From positions 160,467 to 224,466 of IMG/VR virus record IMGVR_UViG_3300009671_000009: a stretch of DNA of 64,000 nucleotides; one strand, 5' to 3'. The notes beneath the pieces were generated by a model. It was given only the letters and a program-made list of their open reading frames with translations. It was not told the origin of the DNA and searched no databases. This document shows positions 30,901 through 38,063 of the stretch, piece after piece. A program made the translations under genes and the position numbers. The DNA comes from a virus (Duplodnaviria; Caudoviricetes). Position 1 is the first letter of the stretch; every line of letters starts with the position of its first letter.

Positions 30901-32487
30901 AAACGAACGGGATATCTTATCTTTGTTGTGAACAGCTAAAGTCTCGAAAGCGCTAAGAATACCCTCGTCGGTATCTAGACTAAACTTAATACCTGGATAA
31001 AGGTTTTCGAGATCTTTTCCAAATGCCCGATTGAAGACATGATCTGGAACAGGGCGCGAATCGAAGTGAATAAACTTTTTTAATCTATTTGTTGCATCAA
31101 TAAGATCTCTCTGATCAACGGGCTCAGAAATTCTTGACAACAAATTGCCTTCCCAGCTAGGATTTTTATGCTTTCTGAACAGGTTAGTTAGTTTGTCAAG
31201 AATGCTGTTTGATTCTTGTTCTCCTATGTCAAGCCAGTCAAGTACTTTGCGCCAGCCTTCTCGGCTTCCTCTTCTTTGCTGGTACGCGGCGAGATCTCCA
31301 ACAGAACCAGAAACCTGACCGAATATCCTAGCAGCCTGACCCCGTTGGCTAGGAGCAAGCCCTATATTTTGGGCCATGACCTTACCAGAGGTCATGGAAT
31401 AAACTTTACCGCCAATATATGCCATATCTTCTGGCAGTTTCCATAGTCCAAGGTTTCCAACTACTTGCGAGTTCTGGATACCCTTGCCGAGAGGGAAGAT
31501 AAATTGGTTTTCACCTTGTCTAAAAATATGCATAAACGGCATCATTCTACGTTCTTGGTATTTACCAAGACCAAACAGATGATAAGGCCCAATGCCCACG
31601 AATGGAATATGAAACTCTGAAGATGCTTCAATCGCTTTGTCTACGCCTTTCCATATTGAACGTAGATCAATGAAGTCCCCATCTGCCGTTTTGAAAAGGC
31701 CCTTATTGACAATTAAATTCTCAAATCTTTTATCTTTACGAACAAGTCCTCTTAGAACGCTTTCTTGGAAGGGAGTTTGTAGGCTTACGGGCTTTCCTCT
31801 TACAAATAGTCGTTCTTGTCCGAACTTGAAGTCTTTCATTCTTTTAGACAGAATGTCTCCTGCTGTTGCATGTTTTAAAGGAGATCTGTCTGTGTATTTA
31901 CTAACTAAAAGATCGTCATATCTCTCACGAAAGAATCGCATTTGTGCTCCAGCCGCTTTTCGCTGAGCTTGATTCAACATAACAGACTTTCTAATACCTG
32001 ATATTAGTTCTGTACGATCCATATCAAGCTTGCCAGCATTAGAAATTATCATATCGGCAAGTCTGCCAGGTTCATAGACGGCATTGCTAAATAAGGATAA
32101 AGTTCGCTCTTTGTTCGATCCTTTAATTATATCAAGCATAGCATCTCTGATATCCGCATGCCCTCCAAAGTATTCAAGGGCAGCATTCATCCTTGTCTGA
32201 GATAAAACGCTTTGATTGAGTTTATGTAAATCATAGTGACGCTGTAAGATAATGTGTTCTAAATCTGTTGTGTCTGCTGTCCTTGGAAGATGCTTGGCCA
32301 TTCTGGCCATTACCTTCTGACCAGGACGAGACATGGCGGCCTTACCAAGCAAAAAGCCCAGGCCAGCAGCAGCCGCGACCTTCGCTATCGGCGACCATTC
32401 TATTCTGTCCTGAGCTGATTGTAAGCGTTCAGAATACCTGGATGAGGTACGCTCATCCAGGTATTTGCTAAATCTGTTTTCTGCCAT
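24937..32487 (-). CDS. Tape-measure-like giant virion protein with intein, PD-(D/E)XK nuclease and SNase-like domain (2516-aa precursor, ~2124 aa spliced)
   Basis: Directly downstream of the tail chaperones; largely helical with Gly/Ala hydrophobic segments. PD-(D/E)XK: 'GTKIH...GHYDAIL...VVDVKT...QITIY'. SNase-like: 'VTEVLDNQTF...IRMAGI...NLNYAMMRAGLA'. Confidence 0.72.
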   Translation of the reverse strand: MAENRFSKYLDERTSSRYSERLQSAQDRIEWSPIAKVAAAAGLGFLLGKAAMSRPGQKVMARMAKHLPRTADTTDLEHIILQRHYDLHKLNQSVLSQTRMNAALEYFGGHADIRDAMLDIIKGSNKERTLSLFSNAVYEPGRLADMIISNAGKLDMDRTELISGIRKSVMLNQAQRKAAGAQMRFFRERYDDLLVSKYTDRSPLKHATAGDILSKRMKDFKFGQERLFVRGKPVSLQTPFQESVLRGLVRKDKRFENLIVNKGLFKTADGDFIDLRSIWKGVDKAIEASSEFHIPFVGIGPYHLFGLGKYQERRMMPFMHIFRQGENQFIFPLGKGIQNSQVVGNLGLWKLPEDMAYIGGKVYSMTSGKVMAQNIGLAPSQRGQAARIFGQVSGSVGDLAAYQQRRGSREGWRKVLDWLDIGEQESNSILDKLTNLFRKHKNPSWEGNLLSRISEPVDQRDLIDATNRLKKFIHFDSRPVPDHVFNRAFGKDLENLYPGIKFSLDTDEGILSAFETLAVHNKDKISRSFGEEFLTNWNAYSRDPYSFMKNMKTYSNKWPDIGQFGEFFAERDMITKQESIKRLVQQELIEQVRENSGRDFRDIASNLIQTGDINAKGMALDVFMSHASVDDIKNELDNSISIISAGATDYMSNRAPWYSYGPMPLTAEKEIARGTEFFMVRDSVKVTGKDLIAALNGAEKERSAAQDKMLDWARQFTAGRYNMDKFTRTSMFAYHMPFGRIQEALSYLGVGLGPESTSSAASLFGNMITKRYLPALLGVGALGYLSWEFGNITGKTGQQWLADVKEGAREGLASVRDATGITDFFKRSARLTPGSELIWELPGFHFLDPTKSLEEVREEDAGVRPMRKGRWWFLGNCVTPDTLILVNFAESKRAEQVAIGDLLLTHTGELKPVKDVIVRNMRDDEWAPEVQLHTFPIATTTTDNHPYLAVKKKKCPSNTVVDCRPDRQNKMCDKCPYPRFCNERFVWTPKWTMARDLEAGDYLAFPRPKVGTCTEPIYDISSNKEVGYFLGLYLAEGSIKKKVKGKGYSIEIYLNSEESHLANFVAYFVNKYFGCKTRLEQTSDNGIKIIACSRKLVKWIEKVLYCAGKKSPSRILMTKCKDFMLGFIAGMFDGDGHCVVVGNSCQLNITSATLEHLLFVRNVLFSFGIPNSVIKHNTLLDGKEFVGWRLIVDGKGAVDLALQLESYKIDQKIIPQKSNSTHKYIYIDDEYVYIKIREVVDSGYRGIVYDYEVDENHSFCSLSVILHNTPYVGGKIEYYLPSERRMAYADYKMTDVMYGSREEYYRNAWFPTPRYPLAPIRHFITDPYHWERKHYYDRPYPTTGPISEFSDIPVAGATLSAAVGHMLKPPKRMHEEEMRRYAAEVSQEHISTLNQREKDKADRNFAYITPSGDISIVGDIGPARNFQEVARGSEKGLGYRVAGSTGSGRAAVASINEGEFARAYSGKPKSLRERIFVPSRWDTSQQPPSLEGAIQTNSLQYVGAKTYYGLTEMGGIYGFMAQGLTGQPIDSMKVLQDSSRMTSYSRAFWDQNLGGFGGEFSEIGRRFLPRDRRYQQDLDINLIPNTMPSWMPGENYFLDFKRGDPYVKIPRGEARLPGGGYEALWNYHPENMVIRASLAGQDEETIINKLLNIEDAPIFDSAENAMAEGTKIHKAYQRMWQEKGILMSMEELVYDEKARSTGHYDAILNLHGTPTVVDVKTVNQRRWDIMMKEGAFEEHLDQITIYQHALGIKKGGIQYVNRDDLSQTKYIGFDFDNRRYERLVDKLEGIRATIKALIDEGKVSKFELYDPLHRFAILADVAPYSDEYRYYAKYVSQEYSDLTGITGSERQEKEQIKKFIVDTKDRVADMKKKHRFFPYRFKYTDIVREKVHVTEVLDNQTFLTREHPTTPIRMAGITVSSAQGADQTREFINKFIYPGAALTIGVDVNESERRTNDSMGSMAAVVFARGKNLNYAMMRAGLATEKETDWSSAGVHARFSGPEIMLGSLWESFAHADTPFHTKFLHVASPLEEYKRREVFGKSFQSWSIRDQLEPAISGIASKDMFSAAISGGILGGLVYGTSMPRRIKGAKYGALLFAALSGARSLHDVFSDERWIPERRRKEREINEYFDILDYIKYQGMYEYAKRRAEEEGFNVEKLYDELRKKRNITKQLRRDLENEKLQLKLEQLPKKRKATETYKRDIERMRAKRDREIDNIIKDKWSAVKEAEDKWSGIRERTPKWLRKSIDRAQDKEIERIKGQFDEKEAKRRAYYQTKTKFSEYFKEDPRLREINAQLDIISKNKELLDIPNWARIAIEYKNAAESTLYGADAEGGIRKIMSAMPSKEREYFAEFIKAKPEERKEILELVPQNERRFLQAAWGMRPDARPDLEEYFKNHYLPQAGWEGWSGTKDLADVKVRVVRNEGLDLSEFGFWRQDVEKSETNEAPGMPINKSTFKGEDLRRNLIEIMQGIGLEDVDVIVESSPNAGVQMDVHIDKDRRQEIIEFVNNNMDTLL
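28684..29859 (-). mobile_element. Intein with LAGLIDADG homing endonuclease (392 aa)
   Basis: Starts C877 'CVTPDTLILV', block B 'TTDNHPYL', ends 'VYDYEVDENHSFCSLSVILHN' followed by Thr. LAGLIDADG helices 'YFLGLYLAEGS' and 'FMLGFIAGMFDGDG'. The core is visibly AT-richer than the exteins. Confidence 0.95.
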
Positions 32488-32490
32488 TGA

Positions 32491-33018
32491 TTAAGGCCTC
32501 CTTGGGAACGCTGGAGGTGGGGGGAGGGGCGGAACTTGAGGTGTTTGTTGGGGATCTTGAAATCCGATTTGTAAACCTCTCAAGTTTAGAGACCACTCAG
32601 CCTGAGCATATCTTTCGAATAGCTTCTTCCTTGTCCAGGTTTCTATCTCTTCTTGTCGATATTGAGGAAATGCAGTCATTATGACACATTCCATTTGTCT
32701 GTCTAAATCAAGTTCAAGTTCTTGTTTTGCTTGTTCTATTAGGGTTAAAGAAGTACTAGCATTACAGAAACCAGATGTGTTGAGAATTGAAAGACAAAGC
32801 ATTGCTGGAAATCCTGCTTTGCAGTTACCCAAGTCAAGGCCTTCTGGCTGTATTAAACATAAGTAAACTACATTTTCTTCAAAATCAAACCCGTCTGGAC
32901 TAGATTGAAGCAAGACTCTGAATTCTTTTCGGGTGAGTGGCCTGAAGTAACAATCTGTATTATCAACGTTTATACTATATACTTCGTCATACGTAGCAAA
33001 TGCTTCTTCTAAGGTCAC
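32491..33018 (-). CDS. Tail assembly chaperone (paralog 2, with C-terminal extension)
   Basis: Lies between tube genes and the tape-measure-like gene; 'YFRPLTRKEF' chaperone-like motif; similar to 33037-33627. Confidence 0.65.
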   Translation of the reverse strand: MTLEEAFATYDEVYSINVDNTDCYFRPLTRKEFRVLLQSSPDGFDFEENVVYLCLIQPEGLDLGNCKAGFPAMLCLSILNTSGFCNASTSLTLIEQAKQELELDLDRQMECVIMTAFPQYRQEEIETWTRKKLFERYAQAEWSLNLRGLQIGFQDPQQTPQVPPLPPPPAFPRRP

Positions 33019-33036
33019 TTAGTTCACCACGCCATC

Positions 33037-33627
33037 TTATAGGCGCTCTGGTTCTGATGTTGGAACGAATCCTGATTTGTCCATAATTTGCTCTGCTAGT
33101 AAAGTAGGAGTACCTGCTTTTCCAGAAATCATGGCTGTAATACTATATCCGATTGGCCATAGTACGCAACGTTGACAGATATTTTCTTCTCGGAACATTG
33201 TGTCGCCATTCTTAACTTGGATCCGTAATACCTCTTTATACTCGTTCCGTCTCAGACAACGCCAGATGAATGTCTCGTCGCCGAACGATGATGAATAGAC
33301 TTCACCGAATTGTTGCTTCCACATTTCAACTAATCCTTGTGGTGGGCCGCCAGGGAAAATTTCTTCCTCGTCTTCTGGAGACATAGGGGCATAGCCAACG
33401 TCAGATCTCTGGATAGGCATTTGTGTTTGTGACATCCCCATAGGCATCATAGGCACTTGAGGAATTTGCGGGATTAAATTTGGATCCCCAGGATCTCCCC
33501 CAGGAATACCTACAAAATCGTTAGAATCTACAGGCACCATCACTTGTCCTCCGATATTTAGAGCTCCAGGAATATTCATTCCTTCTTGCTCTTTCTTAAC
33601 TTGGGCTGCTGATTTTCTTGCTGCCAT
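33037..33627 (-). CDS. Tail assembly chaperone (paralog 1)
   Basis: 'WKQQFGEVY...FIWRCLRRNEY' resembles myovirus tail chaperones; synteny. Confidence 0.65.
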   Translation of the reverse strand: MAARKSAAQVKKEQEGMNIPGALNIGGQVMVPVDSNDFVGIPGGDPGDPNLIPQIPQVPMMPMGMSQTQMPIQRSDVGYAPMSPEDEEEIFPGGPPQGLVEMWKQQFGEVYSSSFGDETFIWRCLRRNEYKEVLRIQVKNGDTMFREENICQRCVLWPIGYSITAMISGKAGTPTLLAEQIMDKSGFVPTSEPERL

Positions 33628-33645
33628 TTAAAAACTTCCTCCTTA

Positions 33646-34368
33646 TTAACTTCTAGGGACTAAGTCCCTTGCTATAAATGTGTAATCTTCGTATACAGGA
33701 ACACCATCTGGGGTGATGATGTTTTGCAAAGAAGATAACTGCACTCCTGTGATTGTATAACTTGTGGTTGGCGGAACATCAAACTTGCGGTTGTAATCGG
33801 GGTGTCCAGCTACTGAGCTTATTTTTGAACCGTACATAATAACAACTTCAAAACCTCTAGCTGGCTGAACAAAGAAGGGCATGCTACCATTGGCTCCCCC
33901 GCTTGTTTTCTTATCCCATGCTTGATTCTGATAAGCTTTCGCTATCTTGAGCATATCTTCTAGACTCTTATCTTGCATTTGAGAATCTATATCTTCTTTT
34001 GCTAACGTTTCTTCTAAATAGTTATTTTGAAGATACTCATTATCAGCTGTGATACGATCAGCGGCATATTTACTCCAGGAGTCTTTAGTACCACTCATTA
34101 TATTTTTATCTCTTATTATTTTATGCAAATAAAATGATTCCCTAAAATTTATTCTAAAAGTTCCTGAAACAAGTCTTGATCCCCTAGCTGCTGCATCGTA
34201 AACGAAACTGTTGTAGCCAAAAACTGGCTGCACTTGTTCAATTACGGCAAAATTAATTGATACAATCTCATCAATCCAGGCATCTCCGAAATAAATAGAG
34301 ACATCGCAACCAGAAAAATATTCCTCTGGATAAACTTGGTACTCAAGTGCGCCTGCCAAAACTATCAC
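33646..34368 (-). CDS. Tail tube-like paralog (baseplate-proximal / tube initiator)
   Basis: 'FSGCDVSIYF...EQVQPVFGY...ARGSRLVSGTF...YTFIARDL' aligns by eye with the two upstream tube ORFs. Confidence 0.65.
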   Translation of the reverse strand: MIVLAGALEYQVYPEEYFSGCDVSIYFGDAWIDEIVSINFAVIEQVQPVFGYNSFVYDAAARGSRLVSGTFRINFRESFYLHKIIRDKNIMSGTKDSWSKYAADRITADNEYLQNNYLEETLAKEDIDSQMQDKSLEDMLKIAKAYQNQAWDKKTSGGANGSMPFFVQPARGFEVVIMYGSKISSVAGHPDYNRKFDVPPTTSYTITGVQLSSLQNIITPDGVPVYEDYTFIARDLVPRS

Positions 34369-35036
34369 TCCTTACTGAATAGAGCTCTCCAGCTCCATAG
34401 TTTCTCAAGATCCTTCTTACGCTTAAGATCTGCTTTGTCTTTTTCTAATTGCCTAGCATAATCATTTGCAACTTCGCCAGCATAGTAAGCAAAATCTGGT
34501 TCCATTAGATCAATACCAGTCGCAACGTATTGCATTGTGTTTTCTGTTATAAGATCATCAATACTCATTACTTGTCCCTCATTGAGAACCCTGACTCCAT
34601 ATATTCTGAGCTTGGCTCCGATTGGATCTCTCTCATTCATCATCGAAATAACAATGTCAAACGGAGGAATCTCATCTGTTACAAATTGAATATTGGAAAA
34701 ACGGGATATGTTGCTGTATTGATTCTCATTAAGCATATTAATGTATCGCTGTGTTAGATCTCTTTGGATGTCATACAAGACATGGCGATCAAAAACAGTA
34801 AATACCAGAGATCCTGCAATTGATCTTGGCCCTCTGGCAAATCCCTTCGGGTTGATTGTACCCAGACCTCTGACAGGTACAATCTCTCTATGGGTACTGT
34901 ATGATATTGTAGCTAACTCACCAAAAATTTTATAACTTCCAAGAGCAGGAATATAAATGCCAGCAACCATATCGGCTCCAGCAAAGACCCCTTGCATAGG
35001 TAGCTCAATTCTCGGATTGCCATTGTATAGTGCCAT
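34365..35036 (-). CDS. Tail tube-like paralog
   Basis: 'FAGADMV...FGELATISYSTHRE..P...G..NPKGFARGPRSIAGSLVFTVFD...IPPFDI...LNEGQVMSIDDL' is clearly similar to 35108-35767. Confidence 0.72.
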   Translation of the reverse strand: MALYNGNPRIELPMQGVFAGADMVAGIYIPALGSYKIFGELATISYSTHREIVPVRGLGTINPKGFARGPRSIAGSLVFTVFDRHVLYDIQRDLTQRYINMLNENQYSNISRFSNIQFVTDEIPPFDIVISMMNERDPIGAKLRIYGVRVLNEGQVMSIDDLITENTMQYVATGIDLMEPDFAYYAGEVANDYARQLEKDKADLKRKKDLEKLWSWRALFSKE

Positions 35037-35057
35037 TACGAGACCTCCTTAACATAG

Positions 35058-35093
35058 AAAAAAAGGGGAGAGGAAATCTTGTCCTCTCCCCTT
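35058..35093 (-). terminator. Rho-independent terminator after the major tail tube gene
   Basis: 12-bp perfect stem AAGGGGAGAGGA / TCCTCTCCCCTT with a 7-nt loop, followed by a T7 tract on the minus strand. Confidence 0.9.
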
Positions 35094-35107
35094 GGTATTA
35101 CTTGGGA

Positions 35108-35767
35108 TTATTGACGGTTGCTGATGACGCCGTTGTCTCCAAGAGGAGCAAGCGGTTTAATGTCAGTAGCAACAAATGTGCAGGCTTTTTCTTGTACGAG
35201 GTCGTCGATACTGAGACCTGAACCTTCGTTCAAGATTTGGACGCCGTACATGCCCATACTTGCAGCGGCACCGTATTCGTTGGCCATCGAAATGGTCAAA
35301 GCGAATGGAGGGATTTGGTCAGCGTAGCGAATGTTCTCGGCTGTTAATCTGCTGAACAAATCAGTAACCTTGATGGTGTCTTTGTTTTGGAGTGTTTGAG
35401 CATAGTACTGGTTCCAGTTGGATGGATTGTACAAGTTGTTATAGTTTGACCATCCAGCTGTCTCGCCGCTAGCCTTATATAGGTTAGCGCTCGCGCTATA
35501 GCCCCAGTCTTTGAATTTTAACTTAGAACTCTTAACTGCATCAAGCAGAGCGTCCTTATCGAAGACTAGGAAGACCATAGTTCCAGAGATACCCCGTTTG
35601 TTCTTAGCAAAACCACGAGGGTTAGCAGAACCGAGGGAGTACAACGGAGCGACTTCTCTATGAACAGCATATGTTATTGCTTGTAATTCGCCGAACACAA
35701 CATCATTGATCATTACAATGATATCGGCTCCAGCGAAGTTAGAGTATGTTCTAACTTCAGTATTCAT
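35108..35767 (-). CDS. Major tail tube protein
   Basis: Immediately after the sheath gene and followed by a strong terminator, a pattern typical of high-copy genes; beta-rich 219 aa. Confidence 0.8.
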   Translation of the reverse strand: MNTEVRTYSNFAGADIIVMINDVVFGELQAITYAVHREVAPLYSLGSANPRGFAKNKRGISGTMVFLVFDKDALLDAVKSSKLKFKDWGYSASANLYKASGETAGWSNYNNLYNPSNWNQYYAQTLQNKDTIKVTDLFSRLTAENIRYADQIPPFALTISMANEYGAAASMGMYGVQILNEGSGLSIDDLVQEKACTFVATDIKPLAPLGDNGVISNRQ

Positions 35768-35796
35768 TAGAGTCTATTCCTCCTCGTATTTTTAGA

Positions 35797-37440
35797 TTAC
35801 TGTTGTCGGGTTAAGTTCGGGAACTTTCTGGAAACAGTGACCAGGATTCTCCGTAACTCTGACGGAATTTCGAGCTCAAGTTCTACATCGATGTCTCCAA
35901 CGATGCTGTTATTTCCGCCGAAGAACAACTGGAATGTTCCATTTGTTACAGCGCCATTTTTAGCGAATGTTGCGATGACATCTCTAATTGCTGTTTCAAT
36001 CGAGTTGACATGCGGGATGTCAAGCGGTTCGCCAATGAATGGGTCAGTTGCGGAACGAACTGATTTCATCATACCGTGGATAATTCTAACGGTAGATAGA
36101 GCTTGGAAGTCAGAGCTCGCAAGGGAGGCCAATAGACCTTCGATAACAACGACTCCTCGACCGACTTTGTACCGTAGAACGGTGAATTTATTGTCTTTGA
36201 GAGCTTCAGTCTGAGCTGGTGAGAAATTGTAACGGAGGTTAACTGCGTTAGCAATAACTTTATTTGTAGTACCAGACTGTACTGGTAGGCTACTTGCTAG
36301 ACCAAAGTAACAAGCAGGACTGAGGTTGATGTAGTTTCCACCGAAAGCAGTATCGTTGAAAACTGGTTCGCCAACAACAATGTTGATGTAACGACCGAGA
36401 TCTACGCCGTCCACGACGTATGTGTTATCTGCAGCTACAAGATCAGCGCAAAAAGCGCTAATACCTGAGAGAGTTGTATCAGATAACGGTGCGACGCCGA
36501 TGACTCCGATAATATCGTTATTGCGCATTGCTGCTTCAAAACAGAATTTTGCTAATTCTAGCGCGTCTGTTTTGTCATATGTTGGAGTAGCCCCTCTGAA
36601 TCCTATGCAAACTCCTAGCGGGATTACTAACTCTGCGTCATATTCAAAGAATAGGTCGTATGCTCTTGCAAGCATGCCGCGGTAGCCATCACCGTAGCCA
36701 GTACCTTCTGTGTTAAGATATGTACCTAACTCAGGGGTAAGCTCGTCGTCTCCACCAAGAAGTGTAACTCCTTCAGTTAAAGCAACGTCAGCTGGGGTTG
36801 CTGCTCCATCAGTAGCAACAGCAGTTGTTAAGCCTAAAGTAGCAGTGTTTTCTTGGCCAGTAGCAACTACAATTCTTAAGTCTCCAAGGGCTTGATTAGC
36901 GTTGATAGCTGTTGCCAAGTCTCTAAGAGTAGTGATTACCGTAAGGTCATACTCGAATGTTGGGAGCTTAGCAGAATTTGTTTGGAGCAAGAGAGCATCT
37001 GCCACATTCCAAACTTTGAGTTTGTTGCTCTCAACGAGCATTCTTACATTATTGTACTTAGCGCCAGGGAATTTTCCATAGGCAGTAAATAATGTAACTC
37101 CGCCAGCGGTTTTAACTTCCAAAGAAGCATCAACACCGCTCACCCGAACACAGGTAATGCGTCTAGCACCAGCATAATAAGCTTCGTTGACAGCAGCTGT
37201 TATTAACGGTGACCCACAGTCGTCGATTACTGGAACAGTTGGGTTGCCATTACCGTCAACAGGGAATCCGCCGAAAGTAGCGATACCGTCTGCTGGACGA
37301 GTAATAGTCACTGGAGTAAGGACAGGGCCATCAGTAGCTGTACCAAAAACTAGAATTTCGTCTGTGGTAGGCTCGTTGGAAACGGCTACGGCAGGTTTCT
37401 TCTCTTTATACAGGGTATAAACACCTGGAAGATTAGCCAT
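35797..37440 (-). CDS. Tail sheath protein
   Basis: 'NLPGVY...FGTATDGPVLTPV...YYAGARRITCVRV...PGAKYNN' N-terminus and a sheath C-terminal domain 'LSTVRIIH...FIGEP...ELRRI'. Confidence 0.9.
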   Translation of the reverse strand: MANLPGVYTLYKEKKPAVAVSNEPTTDEILVFGTATDGPVLTPVTITRPADGIATFGGFPVDGNGNPTVPVIDDCGSPLITAAVNEAYYAGARRITCVRVSGVDASLEVKTAGGVTLFTAYGKFPGAKYNNVRMLVESNKLKVWNVADALLLQTNSAKLPTFEYDLTVITTLRDLATAINANQALGDLRIVVATGQENTATLGLTTAVATDGAATPADVALTEGVTLLGGDDELTPELGTYLNTEGTGYGDGYRGMLARAYDLFFEYDAELVIPLGVCIGFRGATPTYDKTDALELAKFCFEAAMRNNDIIGVIGVAPLSDTTLSGISAFCADLVAADNTYVVDGVDLGRYINIVVGEPVFNDTAFGGNYINLSPACYFGLASSLPVQSGTTNKVIANAVNLRYNFSPAQTEALKDNKFTVLRYKVGRGVVVIEGLLASLASSDFQALSTVRIIHGMMKSVRSATDPFIGEPLDIPHVNSIETAIRDVIATFAKNGAVTNGTFQLFFGGNNSIVGDIDVELELEIPSELRRILVTVSRKFPNLTRQQ

Positions 37441-37443
37441 TTA

Positions 37444-38052
37444 TTAATTCTCCTCCTGTTTTTTTAGTTTAACTTTGATTGTTTCAACAACCTGGTTAAA
37501 GACTTCTACGGTCTTTTCTATGTCAACTCTGTAGATGACATGTGAGGACGCCAGGTCTGCCCTCTGTACAGAAGCACGAGGAACATCCTCGGTTGCTTCC
37601 TGATATATCAACTCACTTACTCCTAATTCCTTAAAAACTCCCGTATAAGTGAGCATGAAATCTTCAAATTTTTCTTGGAGCCTTTCAACTTTAGGCCAGT
37701 TGACATCCCATATTCCGAAATCTACTAGATAAGTAAACCTCTGAGCAAATATAGTACTTGTCTGTTGAGGATTTAGGGGATCGGAAATTACCGCTCTCGG
37801 TCTCGGCTTGATCTCTTGTTCGCTACCCATCTCGGTAGGAAATTTTCTTAGATACAAATAGTCTATTATAGGCGATTTAATATCTTTGAATGACTCATCT
37901 TGAAGGGGATAGGCGTGAAGTATTTCAGCATCGTGAGGATATACAAGCTTCCAAGTTCTTTTCACAGTATCGGCAAAATCTGCAAAAGTAAAAATGGTTC
38001 TCGTTTTTACTGGAGGTGTTAGAATTTGTTGTAGTGTTCTTCTCTCGGTCAT
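37444..38052 (-). CDS. Putative tail completion/terminator protein
   Basis: 202 aa directly upstream of the sheath gene; function inferred from synteny only. Confidence 0.5.
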   Translation of the reverse strand: MTERRTLQQILTPPVKTRTIFTFADFADTVKRTWKLVYPHDAEILHAYPLQDESFKDIKSPIIDYLYLRKFPTEMGSEQEIKPRPRAVISDPLNPQQTSTIFAQRFTYLVDFGIWDVNWPKVERLQEKFEDFMLTYTGVFKELGVSELIYQEATEDVPRASVQRADLASSHVIYRVDIEKTVEVFNQVVETIKVKLKKQEEN

Positions 38053-38063
38053 AGGCTTCCTCC

